Source of the DNA: Dehalococcoidales bacterium
Lineage (GTDB): Bacteria; Chloroflexota; Dehalococcoidia; Dehalococcoidales; RBG-16-60-22
Length of the DNA stretch: 64,000 nucleotides
Reading direction: 5' to 3'
Assembly: GCA_028712355.1 (NCBI GenBank)
Contig: JAQTQH010000002.1
Location: 5,398-69,397 of the forward strand
Part shown: positions 24,792-34,701 of the stretch, piece by piece
How the letters are laid out: each line of letters starts with the position of its first letter
Numbering within the stretch: position 1 is the first letter of the stretch
Program-made: the position numbers and the translations under genes
Notes under the pieces: generated by a model
What the model was told of the DNA's origin: nothing
The model's input: only the letters and a program-made list of their open reading frames with translations
Database searches by the model: none

Positions 24792-27700
24792 TTATACGCT
24801 GAATCGCCGCACCACTTCTTCCAGTGTTGCCTGCCATTGTCCGTCCATTCGCTGATAATCTATTGTTACCTGTCTTATTCCTGCATGTACGCCTTCGCTT
24901 AATATACCCTTAAGTTTCTGTTTATCCAGTGCCATCCCATCAAACAGCCTGATGGCAATCCGCCCTTCTTCAATAGCAATAGACTCAACTCCTGCCCGGG
25001 ACGCCGCCAGCTTAATCCTGATGGCGTACAGCAGATTCCTCACTTCTTCCGGCAGCGCGCCGAAGCGGTCGCTCAGTTCCTGCACTAAGTCGTCAATCTG
25101 CTCCGGTCTTTCCAGCTTCGCCATCTTTTGGTAAAGCTCCAGCCGCATGTTGATGTCCGCAACATAACCCTCCGGAATAAATGCCGGCAGAGGCAGGCCG
25201 ATGACAGGCGGCGGGAGCCTGGGTGGCGGCTCTTTTTCCCCGGAGCGGCGCGCTTTCTGTACCTCTACTGCTTCTGCCAGAAGCCGGCTGTAGAGACTAA
25301 AACCCACGGCGGTGATATGACCGCTCTGCCTGGCACCCAGCAGATTGCCTGCGCCGCGGATTTCCAGGTCCTTCATGGCGATGCCGAATCCTGCGCCCAG
25401 CTCGGTAGCTTCATAAATCGTGCGCAGGCGCTTCCGGGCAACGGGCGTAAGCTGTTTTTTACCATCGTAAAGCAGGTAGGCATAAGCGAGATTGCCGCCC
25501 CGCCCCACCCTGCCCCGCAGTTGATAAAGCTGCGCCAGTCCCAGGCGGTCTGCTTGGTTAATGATGATAGTATTGGCATTGGGTACATCCAGACCCGACT
25601 CGATAATCGTGGTGCAGACCAGCACATTGTATTTGCCTTGGGTGAAATCAGTCATCACGTTTTCCAATACTTCGGGAGACATCCGCCCATGCGCCACGGC
25701 AAACTTTGCTTCGGGGACAAGCAGTCGCAGCTCCGTGGCGATTATCTCAATGCTCTGCACGCGGTTATGCACGAAAAAGACCTGCCCATTGCGCTCCATC
25801 TCGCGCAGGATAGCTTCCCTCACGATGCGCCCGCCGTACCCGGCGACATAGGTCTTGATGGGCAGGCGGTCTTCGGGTGGCGTCTCCATGGTGCTCATGT
25901 CCCGCACGCCCACCAGCGACATATGCAGGGTGCGCGGGATGGGAGTGGCGCTAAGGGTAAGCACATCAACAGATTGCCGCATCTTCTTGAGGTACTCTTT
26001 ATGCGCCACACCGAAGCGCTGCTCTTCGTCGATGATAAGTAATCCCAGGTCTTTGAAGATAATATCTTTCTGTAAAAGGCGGTGCGTACCGATGCAGATA
26101 TCTATTTTACCGCCCGCCAGCCCGGCGATGACAGCATCCTGCTCTCTTGGCGATTTGAACCGGCTGAGCGCCTCGACCCGCAACGGGAAAGCCTCCATAC
26201 GCTGCTTGAACGTGACATAGTGCTGTTCGGCGAGGACGGTCGTCGGCACCAGCACGGCGACCTGCTTGCCGCCCATCACAGCTTTGAATGCGGCGCGCAC
26301 GGCAACCTCGGTTTTGCCATAGCCGACATCTCCGCAGACGAGCCGGTCCATCGGTCGCGTTTTCTCCATATCTTCCTTGACCTCGCGCTGAACCTCCATC
26401 TGGTCGGGCGTCTCAACATAGGGAAAAGAGGCTTCCAGTTCCTGTTGCCAAACGGTGTCCCGCGCGAAAGCATAGCCCGGCACCACCTCCCGCGAAGCGT
26501 AAAGCTCCAACAGTTCCCGGGCAAGCTCAACGGCAGCCTCCTTTGCTTTTTGCTTGATAGTCGTCCATTCCTGCGTGCCGAGCCGGCTCAAAGTCGGCGG
26601 TTTATTACCCGCGCCTATGTAGCGGTTGACACGGTCAATCTGGTCGGTGGGAACATAGAGCCTATCGCCGGCGGCATACTGTAAAACGAGATATTCTTTT
26701 CCCCCACCGGACGTACTCATGGTAACCACACCCGTAAATTTGCCGATACCGTGCTCCACGTGAACCACGTAGTCTCCCGGGGCAATATCCACAAACAGCT
26801 TGTGTCGCGCCACAGGCCGGCGCCTGGTAAGCCGCCTCTGCTTTACAAAGCCAAAGATTTCGGCATCGGTGAACAGATAAGTATCTCCATTCATCACCCA
26901 GCCATCCGCCAGCGACCCTTGAAATAGAGTAATTGAGTTTTTCGCCGGCAGCTTTTCTATTTCATTCGCGGGTGCGGTGATGATGCCAGCTTCTCCAAAC
27001 AACTCTGATAAGCGGTTCGCCTGGTGGCTCACTATCAGCAGTCGATTGCCCTGCTCTTTGAGCCGCTTTGCCCTGGAGATAAAGGGCGGCAGTTGCCCGG
27101 CGAAAGACGGTGCCGAGGTGAACGCCAGCGAATGTCCTTCTGTACCCCAGTTATTCAAAATCAACCGCCAGCGGCTTTCAATTTGCGGCATCAAGTCTGC
27201 CCACGTGAAATAAGGGCGGGGAAAGTTGCGGGGCAACTCTCCGCCTGCAATCTCATCATCCCGCAGTTGTGCCGCTTCCGCATCCAGTTCACCGATAGAC
27301 TGTTCTATTTGCAGCGGTTCATCAACGATAACGAGAGCATCCGCCGGTAAGTAGCTCAGGATATTATCATGATTGAACAGTGGAGTGTAGAACTGTTCAT
27401 TACGCCGCTCTTCACAGGCAAGCAAAGCAATAATTTCCCGTTCAAACTGCGCTCTGGTCTCCGCAGTGCAATTTGAGAAGTCTAAGTTATTGACGTTAGC
27501 CTTAAGCCAGTCCGCATCTTTTTGCGAAGGTATCAGTCTTTCCGCAGCGGGTACTACCAGCAGTGAAGTAACATCACGGAGGGAGCGCTGCGTAACAGGG
27601 TCAAAGAGACGGATACGGTCGATGGTATTCCCGAAGAACTCCAGCCGTGCGGGAAGGTCGCTGGTGGGCGGATAAATGTCCACAATACCGCCGCGGTGGC

Positions 27701-28253
27701 TGATGGCGCCCGGCACCTCAACGATGCTTTCCATGCGATAGCCCATCTGTTCCCATTTCCGCAGCAGCGGAAAAGGCTCAATCATCATACCAGTTTCGAT
27801 AGTATGGCAGGCTGAAGCGAAATCATCCGCCGCTAACACCCTGCTGATAAGCGATGGCGCAGAGATAATAACGATAGGCGCAGCCCCTTCAGCCGTACAG
27901 TTACGCAGGCTGGCAAGTACCTTCACCCGCTCTAGTTCTGTCGCAACGTCACTGGCGATGCGCTCATAGGGTAAAACGTCCGGCTCCGGAAACACTTTTA
28001 CAAAAGCATCGGCAGACCACACCGCCAGTTGTTCCTGCAATTTACGGGCGTCTTCGGGACGGGTGGTAACAACTACGACCGGCAACTGCAGGTTGCGCCA
28101 GAGTGCGGCAATAAGATACGGTTTGGCAGCTTCCGGCACTACCGCCGTACTTGCCCCAGACTCTTTTTTTAACTCATTGAGAAGCTGCTTATAGGCAGAC
28201 ATCCCTCCGATAAGCTCCAGAAACCCGGTTAAGTTTGAAGCCATCTTTCCCAA
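24792..28253 (-). CDS. mfd: transcription-repair coupling factor
   Basis: 1153 aa with a CarD-like segment (VVHVEHGIGKF), GDVGYGKTEVA (Walker A), LLIIDEEQRFG and QLRGRVGR. Confidence 0.95.
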   Translation of the reverse strand: MGKMASNLTGFLELIGGMSAYKQLLNELKKESGASTAVVPEAAKPYLIAALWRNLQLPVVVVTTRPEDARKLQEQLAVWSADAFVKVFPEPDVLPYERIASDVATELERVKVLASLRNCTAEGAAPIVIISAPSLISRVLAADDFASACHTIETGMMIEPFPLLRKWEQMGYRMESIVEVPGAISHRGGIVDIYPPTSDLPARLEFFGNTIDRIRLFDPVTQRSLRDVTSLLVVPAAERLIPSQKDADWLKANVNNLDFSNCTAETRAQFEREIIALLACEERRNEQFYTPLFNHDNILSYLPADALVIVDEPLQIEQSIGELDAEAAQLRDDEIAGGELPRNFPRPYFTWADLMPQIESRWRLILNNWGTEGHSLAFTSAPSFAGQLPPFISRAKRLKEQGNRLLIVSHQANRLSELFGEAGIITAPANEIEKLPAKNSITLFQGSLADGWVMNGDTYLFTDAEIFGFVKQRRLTRRRPVARHKLFVDIAPGDYVVHVEHGIGKFTGVVTMSTSGGGKEYLVLQYAAGDRLYVPTDQIDRVNRYIGAGNKPPTLSRLGTQEWTTIKQKAKEAAVELARELLELYASREVVPGYAFARDTVWQQELEASFPYVETPDQMEVQREVKEDMEKTRPMDRLVCGDVGYGKTEVAVRAAFKAVMGGKQVAVLVPTTVLAEQHYVTFKQRMEAFPLRVEALSRFKSPREQDAVIAGLAGGKIDICIGTHRLLQKDIIFKDLGLLIIDEEQRFGVAHKEYLKKMRQSVDVLTLSATPIPRTLHMSLVGVRDMSTMETPPEDRLPIKTYVAGYGGRIVREAILREMERNGQVFFVHNRVQSIEIIATELRLLVPEAKFAVAHGRMSPEVLENVMTDFTQGKYNVLVCTTIIESGLDVPNANTIIINQADRLGLAQLYQLRGRVGRGGNLAYAYLLYDGKKQLTPVARKRLRTIYEATELGAGFGIAMKDLEIRGAGNLLGARQSGHITAVGFSLYSRLLAEAVEVQKARRSGEKEPPPRLPPPVIGLPLPAFIPEGYVADINMRLELYQKMAKLERPEQIDDLVQELSDRFGALPEEVRNLLYAIRIKLAASRAGVESIAIEEGRIAIRLFDGMALDKQKLKGILSEGVHAGIRQVTIDYQRMDGQWQATLEEVVRRFSV

Positions 28254-28345
28254 ACACCTTTAGGGCTGATGTCTCATAACCAGCCCTTCAGATAGATTGT
28301 AACATATTCAAGATGTGGCATGAATTGTTCCTGTGCATTAGGAGT

Positions 28346-28443
28346 GTCATTTTGAGGAACACATTCGCTTCACTCAGAGTAAATTCCACGACGAAGCAAT
28401 CCCGACCGCAATTAAGAGATTGTTTCGCTCCGATCACGATGAC
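28346..28443. repeat. palindromic REP/MITE-like intergenic element, copy C (left arm carries extra ~30 nt)
   Basis: gtcattttgagg...cgacgaagcaatc / gattgtttcgctccgatcacgatgac. It lies in the mfd/proB divergent spacer. Confidence 0.65.
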
Positions 28444-28513
28444 AACAAATTCATCCTTGTCCAAACTCATATAGTAGCGCTATAATGGGGCTAAAAAGAT
28501 TACGGAATAATGA

Positions 28514-29659
28514 ATGAATACGAAGAAAACAACCGCAAGCCTGCCTTATAAGCGCATCGTGGTCAAGTTCGGCACCAGCCTGCTGACCGGCGGCAGCGAC
28601 CACCTGAATCAGGAAATCATGTCCAGCCTCGTAGGCCAGATGTCCCAGCTCCATTGGCGCGGCGTCGACCAGATTCTCGTCTCCTCGGGAGCGATTGCCT
28701 CCGGGCGCCACAAGCTGGGTATCTCCAAACGGCAGCACCTCCGCGATATTCCTCTCAAACAGGTGCTTGCTTCGGTAGGGCAGAGCCGTCTGATGTACGC
28801 CTACGAGCAACTCTTCGGGCAGTACGATATTACCGTGGCACAAGCCCTTCTTACCCGGGCTGACCTCGCCGACCGCAACGGATACTTGAACACCCGCAAT
28901 ACCCTGCTGGCTCTGTTCGATCTACGAGTCATCTGCATCGTTAACGAAAATGATGTGGTCGCCGTGGATGAAATCAAGGGCGCCAAGTTCGGAGATAATG
29001 ACAACCTTTCCGCGATGGTCGCCAACCTGGTCGATGCTGACCTGCTCGTCATTTTGAGCAATATCGAAGGTTTGTATACCGCCGACCCCCACCATGACCC
29101 CGCCGCAAGGCTAATCCCGCAGGTCGACCGCATCGATGCGAAAATAATGCGCATGGCGCACGACACGACAAGCAAGCAAGGTACCGGCGGCATGATTACC
29201 AAGATAGAAGCCGCCCGCCTCGCCACCAACTCCGGAGTTACAGTAGTTATCGCCAGCGGCACAGAAAAAGACATCCTCACGCGGCTGGCGTCCGGCGAGC
29301 AAATCGGCACTCACTTCCTGCCGACTAACACCCGGCTGGAGAGCCGCGAGCGCTGGATGCTCTCCGGTCTCTGCACGGCAGGCAAGGTGCTGGTTGATGA
29401 TGGCGCCGCACTGGCACTCAAAAAACAGAAGAGCAGCCTGCTTTCCGCCGGCATCATGGAGGTCGAGGGCAGCTTCGACCGGGGTGAAGTCGTCGATGTT
29501 CATGATGCGGAGGGCAATCACATCGGCTGCGGCATAACCAACTATGGCGCGGCGGACATCGCTAAAATCAAGGGAGTGCAATCAACCAGGATCGCGTCCT
29601 TGCTCGGTTACGATTACGGCTCCGAGGTTATCCACCGCAACAACCTGGTCGTCTTTTAG
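28514..29659 (+). CDS. proB: glutamate 5-kinase (with PUA domain)
   Basis: 381 aa with IVVKFGTSLLT, NENDVVAVDEIKGAKFGDNDNLSA and a C-terminal PUA domain (GEVVDVHDAEGNHIGCGITNY). Confidence 0.92.
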   Translation: MNTKKTTASLPYKRIVVKFGTSLLTGGSDHLNQEIMSSLVGQMSQLHWRGVDQILVSSGAIASGRHKLGISKRQHLRDIPLKQVLASVGQSRLMYAYEQLFGQYDITVAQALLTRADLADRNGYLNTRNTLLALFDLRVICIVNENDVVAVDEIKGAKFGDNDNLSAMVANLVDADLLVILSNIEGLYTADPHHDPAARLIPQVDRIDAKIMRMAHDTTSKQGTGGMITKIEAARLATNSGVTVVIASGTEKDILTRLASGEQIGTHFLPTNTRLESRERWMLSGLCTAGKVLVDDGAALALKKQKSSLLSAGIMEVEGSFDRGEVVDVHDAEGNHIGCGITNYGAADIAKIKGVQSTRIASLLGYDYGSEVIHRNNLVVF

Positions 29660-29671
29660 GAGGAACACAAA

Positions 29672-29950
29672 TTGTCTACGGGCAAACTCTACTTACCGAA
29701 CGGCGAGTTGAAAGCGCTGGAAATTGATTACCAACTCCACAGCGAGTCGGGGACGAGCTGGTGGGGTGAGCTTTCCCTCGTCGAATACAAGAAAATCACC
29801 GAGGGCGGCGGCTACACCATCGAACTGGAAGACCGGCGCCGGGGACACTGCTACCTGCAAAAGCGGGTCAACCGCGCCGTGACCGGCATCCCGCCGCGCT
29901 ATGTTTACCGCTTCACGGGCAGCGGGGCGTTCAGTAACGGAGAAGAGTAA
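29672..29950 (+). CDS. hypothetical protein wedged between proB and proA
   Basis: 92 aa with a TTG start. An AGGAGG SD lies 8 nt upstream and overlaps the proB stop. I recognise no family. Confidence 0.5.
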   Translation: MSTGKLYLPNGELKALEIDYQLHSESGTSWWGELSLVEYKKITEGGGYTIELEDRRRGHCYLQKRVNRAVTGIPPRYVYRFTGSGAFSNGEE

Positions 29951-30049
29951 CGAAAATACCCTCTTCAATTCTCTCTTTTCCAAAAAGGGAAACTCCACAG
30001 CTTCTCCCCGTGAAAAGGGGAGACCTGAAAGGGATTTAAGGAGCACATT

Positions 30050-31324
30050 ATGAAATCAGCCGTTGAGGAGCTTAAAGCCCAGGGACAGGCGGCTAAAGCC
30101 GCTTCCCGGCGGCTGGCTAATACCAGTACGGATGTTAAAAATAAAGCCCTCCAGAATATTTCCGAAGACCTCATCAAGCGTAAGAGCGAGATTATCGCCG
30201 CCAATAAAATCGATTACAAAGCCGCCGAAGCCGCCGGCATGAGCGCCGCCATGCGCGACCGGCTCATGCTGGACACCGCCCGCATCGAAGGCATGGCGAA
30301 AGACGTTCTCACCGTAGCAGCCCTGCCCGACCCCGTCGGCGAGATGATTGAAATGCGCACCCTGCCCAACGGGCTGCTCCTCGGTAAAAAACGCGTGCCG
30401 CTGGGAGTCATCGCTGCTCTTTATGAAAGCCGTCCCAACGTTACCATCGATATTTCCATCCTCTGCCTGAAAGCGGGCAACGCGGTCATATTGCGGGGCG
30501 GCAAGGAAGCCATCAACTCCAATCGCGCCCTCGTCAAGATTGTGCAGGAAGCCGCCGCCCGCGCCGGGCTGCCGGCAGGAGCGGTGCAATTTATCGATAA
30601 TACCGACCGTGCCCTGGTCAACGAACTGCTCAAAATGAGCGGCGTAATAAATCTCGTTATCCCGCGCGGCGGCGCCGACCTGATTAAATTCGTGGCGGAA
30701 AACGCCTGCATGCCGGTGGTCACCGGGGGCATCGGCGTATGCCATCTCTATGTGGACAAGAATGCCGATATCAGCAAGGCGGTCGCCATCGCCTATAATG
30801 CCAAGGTGCAGCGTCCTACCGTGTGCAACGCCCTCGATTGCGTCCTCATCCATAAGGAGATTGCACAGAGCGGTCTGCCCGTTATTGCCGCGGAGTGGGC
30901 TAAAGCCGGCGTGGAGATTCACGGCGACAAGCGCGCTCTGGCGATTCTGAAAGCCAACGCTTCGTTGAAAGTGAAATCAGCCGTACCCGCGGACTGGGGC
31001 AAAGAGTTCCTCGCTCTGGTGGCGGCGGTCAAGGTGGTCGATTCGCTGGACGAGGCGCTGGTTCACATCGAGCGCTACGGCTCCGGCCACTCCGAAGCCA
31101 TCGTTACCGAGGACTATCAGTCGGCGCTGCGCTTCCTCAATGAGGTGGATGCCGCCTGTGTCTACGCCAATGCCAGCACTCGCTTTACCGACGGCGGACA
31201 GTTCGGGCTGGGGGCGGAGGTAGGCATCAGCACGCAGAAGATGCACGCCCGCGGACCGATGGGATTAAAAGAGCTGACTTCTTACAAGTGGATTGTCTTC
31301 GGCAGCGGGCAGATCAGGCCTTAA
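30050..31324 (+). CDS. proA: glutamate-5-semialdehyde dehydrogenase
   Basis: 424 aa with [13 protein letters not shown] and [21 protein letters not shown]. Confidence 0.92.
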   Translation: MKSAVEELKAQGQAAKAASRRLANTSTDVKNKALQNISEDLIKRKSEIIAANKIDYKAAEAAGMSAAMRDRLMLDTARIEGMAKDVLTVAALPDPVGEMIEMRTLPNGLLLGKKRVPLGVIAALYESRPNVTIDISILCLKAGNAVILRGGKEAINSNRALVKIVQEAAARAGLPAGAVQFIDNTDRALVNELLKMSGVINLVIPRGGADLIKFVAENACMPVVTGGIGVCHLYVDKNADISKAVAIAYNAKVQRPTVCNALDCVLIHKEIAQSGLPVIAAEWAKAGVEIHGDKRALAILKANASLKVKSAVPADWGKEFLALVAAVKVVDSLDEALVHIERYGSGHSEAIVTEDYQSALRFLNEVDAACVYANASTRFTDGGQFGLGAEVGISTQKMHARGPMGLKELTSYKWIVFGSGQIRP

Positions 31325-32090
31325 GCTTGGCGGCCAAAAGCGCCTCCTCCTGGACATGAAATAACTGCCGGATACCTTTTTCCGCCAGCGCCAGCAGGTC
31401 GTTGACCGCCTGCTTGTTGAACGGTTTACCCTCGGCGGTGCCCTGCACTTCCACGAACTCGCCACTGCTGGTCATGACCACATTAAAATCCACCGAAGCA
31501 TGAAAGTCCTCGTCATAGCAAAGGTCGAGCAGCATATTGTTATTCACAATCCCGACACTTGTGGCGGCGACAGCATTCTTAATTGGTATCGATGAAATCA
31601 CGCCCATATTCGCCAGCGTCACCAGTGCCTGGTACAGCGCAACATAGGCACCGGTTACGGCGGCGGTGCGCGTACCGCCGTCTGCCTGGATGACATCACA
31701 ATCCACGATGAGAGTCCTCTCCCCCAGAGCGGCAAGGTTGGTTACCGCCCGCAGCGAACGCCCGATGAAGCGCTGGATTTCCTGGCTTCGCCCGGATACC
31801 TTCCCGGCGCTGTCACGCGGGCTGCGCGTTAGAGTCGAACGGGGCAGCATGGAGTACTCGGCGGTGACCCAGCCGCTGCCGCCACCCTTAAGAAAGTTCG
31901 CCACCCTTTCTTCCACGCTGGCGGCACAGATAACCCTGGTCTTACCCAGCTCAATCAGCGCCGAGCCTTCGGCAAATTTTTGAAAACCGGGAATTATCTT
32001 AATCTCTCTTAATTCATCAAAAACACGCCCGTCAATTCTCTTCAAGCTAAGGGCTCCCTTCCGGTCAATAATATGTGAGTATAGCATCAT
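31314..32090 (-). CDS. rph: ribonuclease PH
   Basis: It contains [30 protein letters not shown] and [14 protein letters not shown]. The N-terminal ~17 codons are uncertain. Confidence 0.9.
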   Translation of the reverse strand: MMLYSHIIDRKGALSLKRIDGRVFDELREIKIIPGFQKFAEGSALIELGKTRVICAASVEERVANFLKGGGSGWVTAEYSMLPRSTLTRSPRDSAGKVSGRSQEIQRFIGRSLRAVTNLAALGERTLIVDCDVIQADGGTRTAAVTGAYVALYQALVTLANMGVISSIPIKNAVAATSVGIVNNNMLLDLCYDEDFHASVDFNVVMTSSGEFVEVQGTAEGKPFNKQAVNDLLALAEKGIRQLFHVQEEALLAAKLKA

Positions 32091-32120
32091 CTGAGCGTGA
32101 ATAGCAATTGAGTGACAAAT

Positions 32121-32145
32121 AAAAAGGCGGGAGCAAGCTCCCGCC
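32121..32145 (-). terminator. rho-independent terminator
   Basis: A perfect 9-bp GC-rich stem, GGCGGGAGC-aa-GCTCCCGCC (32126-32145), is followed on the minus strand by TTTTT (32125-32121). It lies just after the 77-aa membrane gene. Confidence 0.75.
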
Positions 32146-32173
32146 TCGTGAATTTTTAAGGTATCTTAAATTA

Positions 32174-32407
32174 TTAAGGCTTCTTGCCGAATTCTACCTC
32201 TACGGCTACTCGTCTAGCTTTCGGTTCGCGCATCTTCAGCCCGGAAAAGACCGCGATGAGAATGCCAATCGCCGCGGCGAACAGCGCCATCGCCCTTTCT
32301 TCGTTAAGGTGGGGCAACATCCATGACAGCCCCAGAAGAACAATACCGGGAGCACCGAACAAGACCATCAATACGATATTCAGCGATTTATCTTTCATAG
32401 CCCTCAC
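32174..32407 (-). CDS. hypothetical small membrane protein (2 TM)
   Basis: 77 aa with a GAGGTGAGG SD upstream and a terminator downstream. Confidence 0.55.
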   Translation of the reverse strand: MRAMKDKSLNIVLMVLFGAPGIVLLGLSWMLPHLNEERAMALFAAAIGILIAVFSGLKMREPKARRVAVEVEFGKKP

Positions 32408-32459
32408 CTCGCGTGGTTCCTAACATATATAACGTAAAGTGAGGGTTTTGGTTAGTTTC

Positions 32460-32864
32460 TCACGGCAAAACTCGCGACAGTACTTCTATATACTTGGGGA
32501 CAGTTTCGTAATTGGCCAGTTCCGCTGGTTTTATCCATTGATATTCTTTATGTTCCCAGTCGATACTAATTTGTTTGTGGACTTTAATGTGAAACAAATA
32601 CGGATAAATCACCCACCGTACACCTAACTGCTCATCATCAAAAACCAGCGGCTCTCCCTTTTTTCGTAGAACCACTTCCGTATCAAGCAAACCTGTCTCT
32701 TCTCTTATCTCAATAAGAGCCTGCTCATCGGGTGTGGTTTCGACATAACCGCTCACTCCTGCCCAGCGCCAGCGGTAAGTCCCCACTTTTTCGCTGCGGC
32801 GCAGGATGAGTATCTTGTCATCCGATTCCAGAAAACAGGTCACGACATGCTTTTCCGGAAGCAT
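32460..32864 (-). CDS. NUDIX hydrolase
   Basis: 134 aa with the Nudix box GVSGYVETTPDEQALIEIREETGL. Confidence 0.85.
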   Translation of the reverse strand: MLPEKHVVTCFLESDDKILILRRSEKVGTYRWRWAGVSGYVETTPDEQALIEIREETGLLDTEVVLRKKGEPLVFDDEQLGVRWVIYPYLFHIKVHKQISIDWEHKEYQWIKPAELANYETVPKYIEVLSRVLP

Positions 32865-32882
32865 CGGTGATGCCTCAACTCT

Positions 32883-34157
32883 TTATGTCAATTTACGTCT
32901 CTGAGGAGGTTTGAGCGTCAGGCTCAAGAAGAATGCCAGTGTCATCGCAACCGCCACGGCAACAAAAGCGAGATAGTACCGCCCGGTAATATCAAAGATA
33001 TAACCCGCCGCCAGAGGACCGATGGCGCCGCCAATCGTATAAGCCATAGTCATCATGCCAAAGATACCACCTATCGATTTAGTCCCGAAATATTCGCCGG
33101 CGATAGTCGGCATCATCGGCGGAACGCCACCGTAGAATAGCCCGTAAGCGGCAGCGATAAGATAGAAAGCAGAAATGCTATGCGCTCCTGCGAGCAAAAA
33201 TAGGAGCGCCCCCTGCGCCGCGAGGCAGTAATTCAGCACTTTTTTATTGCCAAGCCGAGCTGTTACAGTACTGATAGCAAGCCGTCCCGAGGTATTGGTA
33301 ATACCTGCGATAGTCAGGACAATCGCCGCCGCCGTGGCACTGATACCGGCATCCATCGCGGCAGCCACGATGTGAATGGTAATGACCTGGTAGCAAATAG
33401 CAACTACGACATAGCATGCCAATAGATTCAACAAAGCGGGCGTCCGCAAGGCTTCCGCCAAAGTCCAGTGATTTTCTTCCAGTATCGATTTTGAGACAGT
33501 CGCGGTGTCCACCTCAGAGCCGGACAAAACCGTTTTTAATGCCGGTTCCGCAGGTACCCTGATAAAATACCAGACCACAATGCCGCCCAGCCATGCCAGT
33601 GCCGCAAAACCCAGGAAACACGTTGACCATCCTTGGTTCAGGATAACTACCGTGGCGACGGGTGGCAGCACCACCTGCGCCAGGCTAAAACCGCTGAAGA
33701 CAATACCATTGGCGACCGCGGATTTTCCCCCGAACCAGCGGGTGACCGTGGCGACACTGGGTACCACAAACATGCTTATACCCAGCCCGGTTATCAATCC
33801 CAAAAACAGGTACAACTCCCACAGTTCGCTGACCTGAGAGATCAGAAGATAACTCAAGCCAATCAGAATCGCTCCGGCAAGGATGAATCTCCTCGCACCG
33901 AGACGGTCACTCAAAGATCCGGCGAGCGGCGAAAGCGCGGCGGTTACAATGTTACGCAGCGAGACCGAACCGGAAATAGCGGCGCGCGACCAGCCGAAGG
34001 TATCGATGAGCGGACGGAAAAATACCCCGAAGATGTATTGGAAATTACCCGTGGTGAACATACCCAGCGCGGCAACCAGCGTTACCACCCAGGCATAGGA
34101 CAGCCTGCGATCTGACTTTGCCGCCCCACCATCCCTACCCTGTATTACTGATAGCAT
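32883..34157 (-). CDS. MFS transporter (oxalate/formate antiporter-like)
   Basis: 424 aa, about 12 TM, with GSLSDRLGARRF. Confidence 0.8.
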   Translation of the reverse strand: MLSVIQGRDGGAAKSDRRLSYAWVVTLVAALGMFTTGNFQYIFGVFFRPLIDTFGWSRAAISGSVSLRNIVTAALSPLAGSLSDRLGARRFILAGAILIGLSYLLISQVSELWELYLFLGLITGLGISMFVVPSVATVTRWFGGKSAVANGIVFSGFSLAQVVLPPVATVVILNQGWSTCFLGFAALAWLGGIVVWYFIRVPAEPALKTVLSGSEVDTATVSKSILEENHWTLAEALRTPALLNLLACYVVVAICYQVITIHIVAAAMDAGISATAAAIVLTIAGITNTSGRLAISTVTARLGNKKVLNYCLAAQGALLFLLAGAHSISAFYLIAAAYGLFYGGVPPMMPTIAGEYFGTKSIGGIFGMMTMAYTIGGAIGPLAAGYIFDITGRYYLAFVAVAVAMTLAFFLSLTLKPPQRRKLT

Positions 34158-34216
34158 GGCAGCGATTCTCTTCTCTAATCACCTACCATCCGCGGCCGGT
34201 GATTCACAATACCGAA

Positions 34217-34699
34217 TTATGCCGGCAGACCCAGCAAATAATTTTTCAGCAGTTCCAGCGCAGCCCGTGCCGCCGTCTGCTTGTTCTGTAATCGGTTACC
34301 CTGAAAAATATGCTTCTCACTGGAAGTTCCTTTCCCGTGAGCGATTCCCAGATAGAAAAGTCCTAAAGGTTTGGTTTCGGTAGCACCCCCTGGCCCGGCG
34401 ATGCCGGTATCCGCCACGCAAATATCTACGCCGAGGACTTTTTTGCCGCCCTCCGCCATTTCTTGGGCGACTTCGTAGCTTACCGCGCCGTGCTCTTTCA
34501 GAGTGGCGGCTTTTACCCCGACCACACGGGTCTTGATTTCATTACTGTAAGCGACTATGCCGCCCTTGAAGTAATCAGAGCTACCGGAGATATTGGTGAT
34601 AAGGTGAGAAATCAGTCCGCCGGTGGCAGATTCGACCATGCCCAGAGTCAGCGACTTCCGGCGCAACAACTCCCCGATTTCTTCTTCCAGCGACGGCAT
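34217..34699 (-). CDS. CinA C-terminal domain protein / nicotinamide-nucleotide amidohydrolase PncC-like
   Basis: 160 aa with ESATGGLISHLITNISGSSDYFKGGIVAYSNE and TGIAGPGG. Confidence 0.85.
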   Translation of the reverse strand: MPSLEEEIGELLRRKSLTLGMVESATGGLISHLITNISGSSDYFKGGIVAYSNEIKTRVVGVKAATLKEHGAVSYEVAQEMAEGGKKVLGVDICVADTGIAGPGGATETKPLGLFYLGIAHGKGTSSEKHIFQGNRLQNKQTAARAALELLKNYLLGLPA

Positions 34700-34701
34700 A
34701 T

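Noticed and set aside
28262-28287. Hairpin AGGGCTG-N12-CAGCCCT next to the mfd start as a terminator
   Set aside because: No T-run follows on either strand. It lies in the mfd 5' UTR and is more likely an incidental or UTR structure.
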